From an uncultured virus (IMG/VR IMGVR_UViG_3300024229_000001) (lineage: Duplodnaviria > Heunggongvirae > Uroviricota > Caudoviricetes), in IMG/VR virus record IMGVR_UViG_3300024229_000001: a DNA stretch of 64,000 nucleotides. The stretch is one strand, 5' to 3'. A program made the translations under genes and the position numbers. The notes under the pieces are model-generated. The model saw nothing but the letters and a program-made list of their open reading frames with translations, made no database searches and was not told where the DNA came from. Positions 6,327-15,861 of this stretch are shown piece after piece; position 1 is the first letter of the stretch, and each line of letters opens with the position of its first letter.

Positions 6327-7112
6327 GTGATCAATAAAGCGTTTTTAGAATGGAAATTTCAAGATGATGATGGAGATGAACCTAAGTCTTTAGATCCTAA
6401 AGACATTAACATGTTTTTAGATCGCGCGATGCAGGATTGTCCTTGGCATAAAGCTATTCCTCAATATACTACTACAAAAGCTAAAAACTATATAAATCAC
6501 TGGAAAATTTGGTTTAAAGCAGCAAAGAATAACGAAGTTACTCGCGAGCAGCTTGGTCACGAATTTAATGCTGATACACGAGAAGCTAATGCTAAAAGTA
6601 TTACAGCTAAAAGATGTCCAGGCATTTTAGGAATTCTTAGTAAATCTTATATTGTTAAATCTCCAGTAGAATTTTTTGTTCATATTGAAGATGGCGAAAT
6701 TGCTTCTATTCACAACTCTGACAATCGGTTTGCACATATTGAGAGCCATAATGACACACAATATAAAATAGATGGTTTAAACTTATTTAAAAATAAAAAA
6801 AGTCTTAAAGTATCTCTTCCAGTAGCAATTAGCTGTAAATTACCATATGTGTTTTTAAATCCAGTTTTTCATAAAGATAGCGAATTAGAAGTCATTCCTG
6901 GAGTTATCGAAGATAGGTTTTTAGAAAATACTAGATTAATCGTTCATTGCTTTGTTGATACAAGTGAAGATAAGTATATTCATGTAAAAGCTGGAGACCC
7001 AATTGCTTATATGTGGTTTCCATCTAAAACGCGATTAAAGAGAAATATAAAACTAAAAGACAAAAGATATATTAAATCGTTTAATAGATCTTATGATTTT
7101 ATGGGAAAATAA
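6327..7112 (+). CDS. Hypothetical protein (beta-rich, KRCPGI motif)
   Basis: 261-aa ORF with GAGGAG RBS. Confidence 0.75.
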   Translation: MINKAFLEWKFQDDDGDEPKSLDPKDINMFLDRAMQDCPWHKAIPQYTTTKAKNYINHWKIWFKAAKNNEVTREQLGHEFNADTREANAKSITAKRCPGILGILSKSYIVKSPVEFFVHIEDGEIASIHNSDNRFAHIESHNDTQYKIDGLNLFKNKKSLKVSLPVAISCKLPYVFLNPVFHKDSELEVIPGVIEDRFLENTRLIVHCFVDTSEDKYIHVKAGDPIAYMWFPSKTRLKRNIKLKDKRYIKSFNRSYDFMGK

Positions 7113-7147
7113 TAATGTCAATTCCAAACGTACGGAGAATTTATAGT

Positions 7148-7417
7148 ATGGAACTAACTCAAGAAAATATGCTCGCAGCTTTGCGAGAAAGTGAATGTGA
7201 AGTAACCTTTACAAAAGTAAATGGTGACACTCGCGTAATGAAATGCACTTTGAATATGGATATTATTCCAAGCAATAAGATTCCAAAAGGCGATGACACC
7301 CCTGAACTTCGCGAAGGGTTAGATTCGATCTTGAAAGCTATTCGTGTATTTGATACTGGTCTAGAAGATTGGCGATCATTCAAAGTTGAGACTGTGAAAA
7401 ACTTTGTAAAAAGTTGA
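7148..7417 (+). CDS. WYL_2/Sm-like SH3 beta-barrel protein
   Basis: VTFTKVNGDTRVMKCTL...VFD...WRSFK motif; GGAG RBS before ATG 7148. Confidence 0.7.
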   Translation: MELTQENMLAALRESECEVTFTKVNGDTRVMKCTLNMDIIPSNKIPKGDDTPELREGLDSILKAIRVFDTGLEDWRSFKVETVKNFVKS

Positions 7418-7426
7418 AATTAACTG

Positions 7427-7462
7427 TGTACATTCTCAGTTACTTATGGTAGTATATAAATA
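7427..7462 (+). promoter_or_regulatory. Overlapping early and late promoters
   Basis: TGTACA (7427-7432), 17 bp, TAGTAT (7450-7455); TATAAATA (7455-7462). Confidence 0.7.
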
Positions 7463-7485
7463 TACTCACTAAGGAGAAACACCCT

Positions 7486-8613
7486 ATGGCAGCTCGTAAA
7501 AAAATCACTGTTAGAGCAAGACCTAAAACTGGTATTGCTGCAGCTCCAATGAACGATGGATTTGATAGGTTTAAATATTATATTCATCAGGACGTTGATC
7601 GTAAAGAGCTTTCTTCAATTACTAAGCAGTATGTTAAGCAGACTTTTTCTAAAGATGATGCTCGGGCTATCTTAGCTACTCCTGAGTATAATTTCTATAT
7701 GTATACCTTACATGCTTCAATTATATACTGGACTCAAATTTTACAACAAGAATTACCAAAAAAGTATGGCTTGGAAAATGGTGTAGAACGCGTTAATGAA
7801 TTCTATACTAATCTCATTTCAATTGGTAAAAAGATCCTTGAGGAGAAAGCACGTGCTGACACAGCAGCGTCAAATGTCGTTGTCTTAACCCCTCAACAGC
7901 GTCTTTTCAATAAAATTCAAGAAACTGTTATGACTGACTTGGATGATTTGGAAGACGCTTGGATTGACGGCGAAGAACCAGAATTTAATATGTACAACTG
8001 CTTCAAGCTACATGGTTTGAGCGGGTCACATACAGCTCCTGTGCTGAAAAGACTTGAAGGTTGGCTATTAGATTACGAGGACGCTTATCATAAACGTTGT
8101 GAACAAGCAGTTGAAGGCTATTCACATGTTAAGCGGACGGTTCTTCGCCGTCGCATCAAGTTGATTGAAGAAATGATCGCTGATCTAGATAGAGTCAAAG
8201 CTTCTGCCAAAGCTACACGTAAGACTCGTACACCTAAACCGCGAGCTGCTGATAAACAAGTGGCTAAGGTTAAGTACCTTAAAGAAGATATGAGCTTTAA
8301 GATTACTTCTATTCTGCCAATTACTCTTGTTGGTGCAATGAGACTCTACGTCTTTAATGTCAAAACAAAAGAATTGACTGAATATATTTCAAGTGCTGCA
8401 AAAGGATTTGAAGTAAAAGGCACAACTCTACAAAATGTAGGAGAAGAATCTCGTAAAATTAAACTAAGAAAACCAGACGAGTTTCTTCCAATCGTGCAGA
8501 ATAAAACACCAAAACAGGTAGATACATTATGGCAAACTTTGACTACAAAAACAAGCTCACCAAATGGGCGACTCAATTCGGATTGTGTCTTATTGCGAGC
8601 GCTGGATCGGTAA
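7486..8613 (+). CDS. Hypothetical protein (375 aa)
   Basis: Long ORF, AAGGAG RBS, dedicated promoters. Confidence 0.85.
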   Translation: MAARKKITVRARPKTGIAAAPMNDGFDRFKYYIHQDVDRKELSSITKQYVKQTFSKDDARAILATPEYNFYMYTLHASIIYWTQILQQELPKKYGLENGVERVNEFYTNLISIGKKILEEKARADTAASNVVVLTPQQRLFNKIQETVMTDLDDLEDAWIDGEEPEFNMYNCFKLHGLSGSHTAPVLKRLEGWLLDYEDAYHKRCEQAVEGYSHVKRTVLRRRIKLIEEMIADLDRVKASAKATRKTRTPKPRAADKQVAKVKYLKEDMSFKITSILPITLVGAMRLYVFNVKTKELTEYISSAAKGFEVKGTTLQNVGEESRKIKLRKPDEFLPIVQNKTPKQVDTLWQTLTTKTSSPNGRLNSDCVLLRALDR

Positions 8614-9056
8614 GCGCTCAAAGTATTAGTACAAATATTACTAATAGTGAATTTCAATGCTTAATTCAAAACGGATATTTTGAAGCTCGTTCAGACGGAT
8701 ATGCTTCAGTGATGGGTGTTACTAATGTGGTACTCAATCGAACTGAAGATCCTCGATATCCCGACAGTATCTGTGGAGTAGTCTATCAAGGTCGGCAAGA
8801 CTCAAACGGTAATATGATTCGTAATCAGTGTCAATTTAGCTGGTATTGCGATGGTAAATCCGATCGAATGATTAATACAGAATTAGAAAATAAAGTTAAG
8901 ATAGTGGTTCGTGAAACACTTGCTTTATGGTATAACAATATTGATATTACAGAAGGGGCAACACATTATCATGCTAACTATGTTCGACCAACTTGGGCCA
9001 AAACCCTCAACTACACTACACAAATCGGAACTCACAAATACTATCGTTGGAACTAA
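8529..9056 (+). CDS. SleB-like cell wall hydrolase (Hydrolase_2)
   Basis: YFEARS, VVLNR, YPDSICGVVYQ, CQFSW, GATHYHA, IGTHKYY motifs; signal-peptide-like N-terminus. Confidence 0.9.
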   Translation: MANFDYKNKLTKWATQFGLCLIASAGSVSAQSISTNITNSEFQCLIQNGYFEARSDGYASVMGVTNVVLNRTEDPRYPDSICGVVYQGRQDSNGNMIRNQCQFSWYCDGKSDRMINTELENKVKIVVRETLALWYNNIDITEGATHYHANYVRPTWAKTLNYTTQIGTHKYYRWN

Positions 9057-9063
9057 TTCAGCA

Positions 9064-9297
9064 ATGTTAGAAGGTAAGATACTCACAAAGAAAAGATTTT
9101 CTACTGTGGTAGAAAAGAAAGTAAAGCAGTTTCAGCTTTCTTATTTAGACGCAATCCTTGAAGTTTGTGAGGAACTTGAGTTTCCAGTAGAAGACGTAGG
9201 AAGAGTGATTACTCCTAGTCTTAAAGAAAAAGTTACTGCTGAAGCCCAACGTCTTCGAATGATTAAAGACTCTAACACAGCAACTTTGCCAATATGA
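9064..9297 (+). CDS. gp33: Late promoter transcription co-activator gp33
   Basis: SYLDAILEVCEE...LKEKVTAEA motif; synteny 33-59-32. Confidence 0.85.
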   Translation: MLEGKILTKKRFSTVVEKKVKQFQLSYLDAILEVCEELEFPVEDVGRVITPSLKEKVTAEAQRLRMIKDSNTATLPI

Positions 9298-9884
9298 TTA
9301 TGGAACCATACGACGCTTTTCGCTTTTACCAATCTATGAAGTTACATTTTGAGTCTGATAGTTATGACGCTATCAAATACAATTATAAGACTTCTGTAAA
9401 GCCACAATCTTTTTGGAAACGAAAAGACAAATATTTCTTTGCAAAGGTTGGTAGAAAATTTGATAGTGCTAAAGAACTAATCAACTATTATGCAGCGCAC
9501 TTCATTCAAGATAAGACTTGGATTGGCGATATGATTGAAGATGAAGACATCTATAAGTCTTATCAAAAGCGTATGCAGTCATTAGGTTATACCTTTGAAA
9601 ATGATATGACTACACTTGCTGATCTAGGTAATTTAGATCAAGTGTTGAATTCATCAGATGGTCATCCTCATATCATCACGGCTTACCTTGGTGGTGATAT
9701 AAATATAGAGTCAGTAGTAATTCTAAATCAACTTACAGGATTTATGAATCGTGCTAATAAAGAAATAAGCGAAACTATTGTGTGGCCAGATGTCTCACGA
9801 AAGGTTCGTAAATATTCACCTTTTGTTCAATATGATTTGCAAAAAGCTAAAAATATTGTGCTTAAGGTGTTTACATCAGAGTAA
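9294..9884 (+). CDS. gp59: Helicase loader gp59
   Basis: KLHF...YDAIKYN...KRKDKYFFAK motif; synteny. Confidence 0.85.
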   Translation: MIMEPYDAFRFYQSMKLHFESDSYDAIKYNYKTSVKPQSFWKRKDKYFFAKVGRKFDSAKELINYYAAHFIQDKTWIGDMIEDEDIYKSYQKRMQSLGYTFENDMTTLADLGNLDQVLNSSDGHPHIITAYLGGDINIESVVILNQLTGFMNRANKEISETIVWPDVSRKVRKYSPFVQYDLQKAKNIVLKVFTSE

Positions 9885-9898
9885 TTTTGATGTATAAT
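9870..9898 (+). promoter_or_regulatory. Early promoter of gp32
   Basis: TTTACA (9870-9875), 17 bp, TATAAT (9893-9898). Confidence 0.8.
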
Positions 9899-9955
9899 AC
9901 TTATATTATGTGAATGTGGATAATTCAGTAAATACAAAAACATACGGAGAAATAT

Positions 9956-10867
9956 ATGTCTTTTTCAAATCTAAAACGTAACCGCAGTTCTATCGATTCA
10001 CTTACCAAAGCGGCAGAAGCCGCCGGTGGTGGTGGACAACAAAAGCAATCTTATGCAGATGAGCGTTTGTGGAAACCAACAGTCGATAAAGCAGGTAATG
10101 GTTACGCAGTAATTCGTTTCCTACCAGCACCCGAAGGCGAGGATCTCCCTTGGGTTCGTTATTGGGATCACGGTTTCCAAGGTCCATCAGGTCTTTGGTA
10201 TATCGAAAATTCTCTTACATCAATTGGTCAAAATGATCCAGTATCTGAAATGAATTCAGTGCTGTGGAATTCTGGTCGTGAAGAGGATAAACAAACTGCT
10301 CGTGATCGTAAGCGCCGCTTGCATTATGTAGCAAATATTCAAGTCGTATCTGATCCAGGTAACCCAGACAATGAAGGTAAGGTATTCCTTTATAAGTTTG
10401 GTAAAAAGATCTTTGATAAGATTATGGATGTTATGCAGCCGCAGTTTGCCGATGAAGATCCGGTGAATCCATTTGATTTCTGGGATGGAGCGAATTTCAA
10501 ACTTAAGATTCAGCAGGTTGCGGGTTATCGTAACTATGACAAATCTGAGTTTGCAAATGCCTCTGCTTTGTCTGATGACGATGAAAAGCTAGAAGGTATT
10601 TACAATCGTTTGTATAGCTTGCAGGATTTCCTCGATCCTAAAAACTATAAAACATACGATGAACTTAAAACTAAGTTGAACCGTGTCCTTGGCCAAGAGG
10701 ATATGGTAATGACTACAGCGGAGTCTGTATCTCTTGATGAGCCAGCTCCATCTCGTTATGAACCAGTAGAAGCATCACCTGGAGTAACAAGTAACTCAGT
10801 ACCAGAAACATCTAATGATGAAGATGATACAATGAGTTATTTCCAAAAATTGGCTGCAGGCCAATAA
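9956..10867 (+). CDS. gp32: Single-stranded DNA-binding protein gp32
   Basis: DERLWKP.VDKAGNGYAVIRFLP, GKVFLYKFGKKIFDKI, acidic C-tail. Confidence 0.97.
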   Translation: MSFSNLKRNRSSIDSLTKAAEAAGGGGQQKQSYADERLWKPTVDKAGNGYAVIRFLPAPEGEDLPWVRYWDHGFQGPSGLWYIENSLTSIGQNDPVSEMNSVLWNSGREEDKQTARDRKRRLHYVANIQVVSDPGNPDNEGKVFLYKFGKKIFDKIMDVMQPQFADEDPVNPFDFWDGANFKLKIQQVAGYRNYDKSEFANASALSDDDEKLEGIYNRLYSLQDFLDPKNYKTYDELKTKLNRVLGQEDMVMTTAESVSLDEPAPSRYEPVEASPGVTSNSVPETSNDEDDTMSYFQKLAAGQ

Positions 10868-10870
10868 GAG

Positions 10871-10899
10871 AAAAGGGACCCTTCGGGGTCCCTTTTTTT
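10871..10899. terminator. Rho-independent terminator, probably bidirectional
   Basis: AAAAGGGACCC-TTCG-GGGTCCCTTTTTTT between convergent genes. Confidence 0.9.
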
Positions 10900-10900
10900 A

Positions 10901-13318
10901 TCAGTATGAGAAGTTTACAAAGTCTCGTTTGAGGAAGTCATCAGGTGTAATGCCCTGTTGAATTGTGTAAGTAGAAGTAGATACATTGTTTGTATTATTA
11001 GAAGTTTGATTACTTCCACCTTGAACAATCATTGGTCCACCCATTCCACCATATTCACCAGCACCAGCAACAGACTTAGCGTTCATAAGATCATTGATCG
11101 CCATTAGTACCTTACCTTGTGGAGAATTAAGTGGTGCTACAATTTCTGCACCATGTAACATAGCCAATCCACCAGAAGCTGGAGCATTCATAAACCCACC
11201 TTCATTTGCCTGTGGAAGTTCTGCTAGTTGTACTCTAATAGCTGCAGCTTCAGCTTCAAAATCTTCTCGGGTATCATTGGTAATAGGGTTATCAAATTGT
11301 TCGGCAGCTGGTAAAGCGTTAGCTGCAGCTGCTTCCATCGCAGCTAATTGATCTATCAACTCTGCTCTTTGTTCATCAATAGAAGCTGGTTGCATCCATT
11401 CAGGAAGCATCGAAGTAAGTGAAGCTTTGATTTCAGCAAAAGATGGTAGGAAATCAAATAGATCTGTAAAGAACGTTTTCACCTTTTCAATAGCAGAATC
11501 AAATAAGTCTTGTATTACATTGCCTTCGCCTTCAGTTGAGCTCCAATCAAATAATCCAGTGAACCATGTTTTAGTTGCGGTCCATTTACCTTTTACAAAA
11601 TCTGTAAGGTTAGTCCATCCATCAGATAATCCTTCAGATGCCCAAGAGAAAAGACCGGTGAACCATTCTTTTACAGCGGTAAATTTAGAAGAAGCAAAGT
11701 CTTTTAAGTTAGTCCAACCTTCAGTTGCTAATCCAGCAGCAAACCTTAGCTTACCCATAAACCATTCTTTTACATCTGCAAAAGCGTTTGGAATAAATGT
11801 TGATAACGACCAAGACCCATCTTCACCAGTACCTGCTTCCGATCCCCATGTGAATAGACCTACAATCCAATCTTTTGCAGAAGTAAAAGCATCTTTTACT
11901 AGTGTTGTAATTTTAAATGGTTCAGTTGGATCACCCCAGCCAAATAGCCCTTGAACCCATGCAATGGCTTTATCAACTGGAGAAAGTAAAATGTCTACTA
12001 ATCCACCTTCACCAACTAATCCATTCCAAGCTTGTTGTAAAGCCACAACAGGATTTGTAAATAAACCTTGCAACCATGTAATAGTTTTATCAATAGGTGT
12101 ATATAGAGTGTCATATAAAGAGAACGGTCTGTTTGGATCTCCTAGATTAAATAATCCTTGAACCCAAGCGATTGCTTTATCAATAGGTGCAGTGATTACA
12201 CCAAGTAATCCATCAACTCCAAGTAAAGCAACTGCTAACTTTTCTAAAGCAGCTACTGGATCGGTAAAGATTCCTTTTATCCAATCAATTGTTCCCATAA
12301 CAGTATCTGTTATGGTTTTAGTAATATCAAAATTATTTAATTTTGTTGCTAATTCTTCAAATCCTAATTTAGATAAAACCCACGCAGATAAGTTCTTAAT
12401 CCATCTGAGCGGAGCTGTTACAATATCAGTGGCAAAGGTTACCATTGTTTCTGTAATAGAACCAGTTTCATCAAATACATCTTTTGCTGTTTGGAATGCT
12501 TCATATATCGCGTACACACCTGCAGCAACTAAAGCTCCAATTGCAATAAAGGGAGCTGCCGCAACAAGTATTGGTGCTACTGCAGCTGATATAGTACTAA
12601 AGAATCCAATCATGCTTGGAACAAATGTGCCTAGCATAAAGAGTCTAAACACTTGAACTCCTCGCACTACTAGTTGTATTCCCTTGAATATCCCACCAAA
12701 CGCTCTAATAATTGTTCCGCCAAATAGTATTCCAAGAGTTCCTAGAATACCAGCAACAGCTCCAATATTATCTCCAAGTAGAGCAAATCCTTCACTAAAG
12801 TCTCCATCTAAAAACATTTTAATAGAATCAACAATAGCAAATACACCATCAATTGCGGCTCTAACACCAGCAAATAGTGTTTCAGGATCCATGAATAATA
12901 ATGCTACCGCGCCAAGACCAGCTAATAATCCACCAGAAGGTTTCATAGCATCTAATTGTTTATCATAAGAATCTGCTAATCCATCAATACCAGATACAAG
13001 TTGAGACAAAAACTCATTTGCTTCTTCTTGACGTCTAGAAGATTCTCTATTTTCTTCTTCAGTTCCGGCTAATCCTTGAAGTGCATCTAATTGTTCGCGA
13101 GCCAATTCCATTTGCTCTTCATTTGTAGCACTATCAAGAGATAGCTGAATTTGCGTTAATGTTTCCCTCAATCTGGCAGAGTTTTCCGTACCGCTTTTTT
13201 CTAAAGCAGTAATACTCTGATCGAGCTCTTTCATAGAGTCTTTTTGCTTTAACTCTTTATTTTGCTCTTGTATTGTAGAGGTCAATTGCTCTAATGTGCG
13301 ACCTAGTTCTTCTGCCAT
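10901..13318 (-). CDS. Tail tape measure / baseplate hub gp29-like
   Basis: Coiled-coil N-terminus, hydrophobic TM segment, Trp-periodic repeats (DKAIAWVQGLF, VKEWF.GLF.W); follows gp26/gp51. Confidence 0.75.
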   Translation of the reverse strand: MAEELGRTLEQLTSTIQEQNKELKQKDSMKELDQSITALEKSGTENSARLRETLTQIQLSLDSATNEEQMELAREQLDALQGLAGTEEENRESSRRQEEANEFLSQLVSGIDGLADSYDKQLDAMKPSGGLLAGLGAVALLFMDPETLFAGVRAAIDGVFAIVDSIKMFLDGDFSEGFALLGDNIGAVAGILGTLGILFGGTIIRAFGGIFKGIQLVVRGVQVFRLFMLGTFVPSMIGFFSTISAAVAPILVAAAPFIAIGALVAAGVYAIYEAFQTAKDVFDETGSITETMVTFATDIVTAPLRWIKNLSAWVLSKLGFEELATKLNNFDITKTITDTVMGTIDWIKGIFTDPVAALEKLAVALLGVDGLLGVITAPIDKAIAWVQGLFNLGDPNRPFSLYDTLYTPIDKTITWLQGLFTNPVVALQQAWNGLVGEGGLVDILLSPVDKAIAWVQGLFGWGDPTEPFKITTLVKDAFTSAKDWIVGLFTWGSEAGTGEDGSWSLSTFIPNAFADVKEWFMGKLRFAAGLATEGWTNLKDFASSKFTAVKEWFTGLFSWASEGLSDGWTNLTDFVKGKWTATKTWFTGLFDWSSTEGEGNVIQDLFDSAIEKVKTFFTDLFDFLPSFAEIKASLTSMLPEWMQPASIDEQRAELIDQLAAMEAAAANALPAAEQFDNPITNDTREDFEAEAAAIRVQLAELPQANEGGFMNAPASGGLAMLHGAEIVAPLNSPQGKVLMAINDLMNAKSVAGAGEYGGMGGPMIVQGGSNQTSNNTNNVSTSTYTIQQGITPDDFLKRDFVNFSY

Positions 13319-13323
13319 ATTGG

Positions 13324-13512
13324 TTATCCACGCTTATTACGTTGTTTTATTCTTTCATTTTCTTCTTCAATAAACTGATTTAGTAACATAACGTAAATTT
13401 CTCTCTCCCACGGTATCATTGAGTCAAGCTCCGTTAGAGAATATTTGTGGTGTTGCATTAAAGCAAAATTAGTCTTATAATAATTCTCTAATGAGTCATG
13501 TGAGAGAGCCAC
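13324..13512 (-). CDS. gp51: Baseplate hub assembly protein gp51-like (possibly made as a frameshift fusion)
   Basis: NFALMQHHKYSLTELDSMIPWEREIY motif. Confidence 0.85.
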   Translation of the reverse strand: MALSHDSLENYYKTNFALMQHHKYSLTELDSMIPWEREIYVMLLNQFIEEENERIKQRNKRG

Positions 13513-14219
13513 TAGAAAAAATTCGTTAGACCCTCCAAGGTCTGACTATTTTCAGTCTTACAACTTGCACAATTAAATTTCACCTCATGTTTTAGTCTTG
13601 GCATATCTTCAAAATATCCGGAAATCATTTTGAATTGTGATGATGTCAAGGAATCCAAAAAGTTAACCACATCTTCAGCTTTTTCATCGTCAGTAGAGTA
13701 AACATCGTTTTCGTCGTAAATAGATTCAATAGCACTTGCTACTGCTGCCATCGTTACTTCGGAATCTGATCCACCCTGTTTGCCAAGCTGCTTTTGAATT
13801 CCCTTTACTGTTGGGTACTTGAGTACTACACCAACCTTATCGGTCAAAGCAACTTTAGCGCTTTTCTTTACTTCGCCTTGAACTTCAACTTCGTCAAGGT
13901 TAATTTGTACTTCGTTTTTATGTTTACACTCAGAACATTTCAAACCAACCTTAGTAGTTTCACCAACGGATTTACCGCGGATCTTAAGGAAGACATATTC
14001 TAAATCAAACATAGCAAGGGTGTCAACTTGAACCTTGCCTTCAGTACAACCAGCAATCACATCGCGTAAAGCACGAATCATTTGTTGCTGATCTTTTGTT
14101 TCCATAGCCATCATGAGGATTTTTTCTTCCTTCACAAGGTATGGTCTATATTCTACTACTTCACCATTGCTCGGAATTCTTAGCTCATATTTTGGTGAAT
14201 CAATTCTTGGTAAAGCCAT
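13512..14219 (-). CDS. gp26: Baseplate hub assembly chaperone gp26
   Basis: MALP...YRPYLVKEEKIL, FDLEYVFLKIRGKSVGE, CxxC pairs, ends GLTNFF. Confidence 0.9.
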   Translation of the reverse strand: MALPRIDSPKYELRIPSNGEVVEYRPYLVKEEKILMMAMETKDQQQMIRALRDVIAGCTEGKVQVDTLAMFDLEYVFLKIRGKSVGETTKVGLKCSECKHKNEVQINLDEVEVQGEVKKSAKVALTDKVGVVLKYPTVKGIQKQLGKQGGSDSEVTMAAVASAIESIYDENDVYSTDDEKAEDVVNFLDSLTSSQFKMISGYFEDMPRLKHEVKFNCASCKTENSQTLEGLTNFF

Positions 14220-14236
14220 TATATACTCCTATTATA

Positions 14237-15232
14237 TTATCCAAATAGTCCGCGTATACCGGACGAAATTCTATTAGTCACACTATTAATGCCACTTGTT
14301 ATTTTTCCAGCAATTTGAGATGCTGGGTTGTTTAATATACCACCAATCGTGCTGGTGATAGATCCTGTAACATTATTTATTATACCATTTACACCGCCAG
14401 AAAGAGTACCAACGATTTGATTAAATCCACCAGTAATCGAGTTTGTAACAGTATTGATTGCTGATGTGATTGGTCTTGTTACTGAGGTAATAACTTCTTT
14501 AATAGATCCTGTAATATTATTTTGAATAGAATCTAATGCGCCATTTAATGAACCTTGTAAAGCGTCTTTCAAATCGTCAAGAGATGTAAAGTTCAATTGA
14601 TTTGAAATATCACCAAAAGGACTAAACGGCAAAGAAGAAATACCACCAGCTGGAATTGTTAATGCCGAATTAAAATCTGGAATTGAAGAGATTGTTTCAA
14701 AGTTATTTGACTTAGTAGTGTAATCTTCATAAGTCAAAGTTACTGTTAATCTCATTAGTTCGTTTTCAGAACCATTGTTTAATTCAATAGCATTAATTGT
14801 AATTGGATAAGCTTTTGTTAAAGTTACCTGATGGATTTCATTATGATTTAAATTAAGCACTGAAATAACTACGTCTTGAGCATAGTCATCTCTATAGCCA
14901 ACTTTATCACCTACATCATTCACTACAGAATTCAGCCAGGCTTCCCAAAGTTTCTTAATATAAAAATCGTTAGTAACATAGAAAGTCAATGTCACATCGT
15001 CATTAATATAACCATATGGTCTTTTGATTGCGTGCTTTGTCATTCCATGTTCAAACGTAGAAATTGAACGACCTGGCAGCTGCGCTGATTCACAAAGAGC
15101 ATTTACAACTACTGGATCTGGAGAAATAGATGCCGGTCCATTAAAGGTAACCGCAAAGAAATTGGTACGAGCGAATCCGCCCTGATTACCAACAATTGCT
15201 TTCATATCATCAATTGGATTCTGAAACGGCAT
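14237..15232 (-). CDS. Tail tube-like baseplate junction protein (gp54-like)
   Basis: GGFARTN.F, LCESAQLPGR, AYPITI, LTVTLTY (tail-tube fold); low-complexity C-terminal extension. Confidence 0.7.
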   Translation of the reverse strand: MPFQNPIDDMKAIVGNQGGFARTNFFAVTFNGPASISPDPVVVNALCESAQLPGRSISTFEHGMTKHAIKRPYGYINDDVTLTFYVTNDFYIKKLWEAWLNSVVNDVGDKVGYRDDYAQDVVISVLNLNHNEIHQVTLTKAYPITINAIELNNGSENELMRLTVTLTYEDYTTKSNNFETISSIPDFNSALTIPAGGISSLPFSPFGDISNQLNFTSLDDLKDALQGSLNGALDSIQNNITGSIKEVITSVTRPITSAINTVTNSITGGFNQIVGTLSGGVNGIINNVTGSITSTIGGILNNPASQIAGKITSGINSVTNRISSGIRGLFG

Positions 15233-15235
15233 GGG

Positions 15236-15826
15236 TTATCCTCTTATAGCTTGTCTGGAATCTTTCCAAACAGCACTCTTTGTAGATTTTCTAAATTGCT
15301 CTGTTGGTAGAAATAAAGCCATTTCCCACACAGGAGCTTCAACCATCGCGACACGACCTTCAATTTGAGAATAGAGATAATGTTTGAAGCATGGTTTGAA
15401 AAGTCTTAGCTTTGATGCTGATTTCAATAAGTCATATCTTAATTTGAATCGAGTTGATTCGTCATATTTCTTATTGTTAGTCAGATCAACCAATTGATCG
15501 AACAATTTTGCTCTTAAAGCTAATGGAAGATAATGAAGATTTAATCCATAGAAACCACCTGGAACTGGTTCAACCATAATGGTTAATGGGAACACGTCGT
15601 AATACGGTAATGTTTCTCTATGTTTTGGATCATAGAAGTACATGTACATAGATCCAATTCGAGCTTTATTTCTTTTTTCAAGAGATGGATCTTTAAGTAG
15701 TGATCTTCTATTCACTTTTATATTTTTCACTTCATTACGAAACCACTGACGTGACTGATCGGTGCGAGGTGTAACACCAGCACGAAAAGCTCTTGCAGCG
15801 AGGTCTGTGAAAAATGATTCGGCCAT
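15236..15826 (-). CDS. gp2: DNA end protector protein gp2
   Basis: YDPKHRETLPYYDVFPL, GLNLHYLP motifs; late promoter at 15854-15861 (-). Confidence 0.92.
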   Translation of the reverse strand: MAESFFTDLAARAFRAGVTPRTDQSRQWFRNEVKNIKVNRRSLLKDPSLEKRNKARIGSMYMYFYDPKHRETLPYYDVFPLTIMVEPVPGGFYGLNLHYLPLALRAKLFDQLVDLTNNKKYDESTRFKLRYDLLKSASKLRLFKPCFKHYLYSQIEGRVAMVEAPVWEMALFLPTEQFRKSTKSAVWKDSRQAIRG

Positions 15827-15861
15827 AATTCCTACTTTTTAGTTTGATAATACTATTTATA

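Noticed and set aside
9899..9955. Possible gene 32 autoregulatory pseudoknot (TGAAT/ATTCA hairpin plus A-rich tract)
   Set aside because: Plausible by analogy to T4, but the pairing is too short and AT-rich to support
11094..12968. Several plus-strand ORFs (up to 175 aa) opposite the tape measure gene
   Set aside because: Antisense shadows of a biased-codon gene; no RBS or promoter, no recognisable motifs
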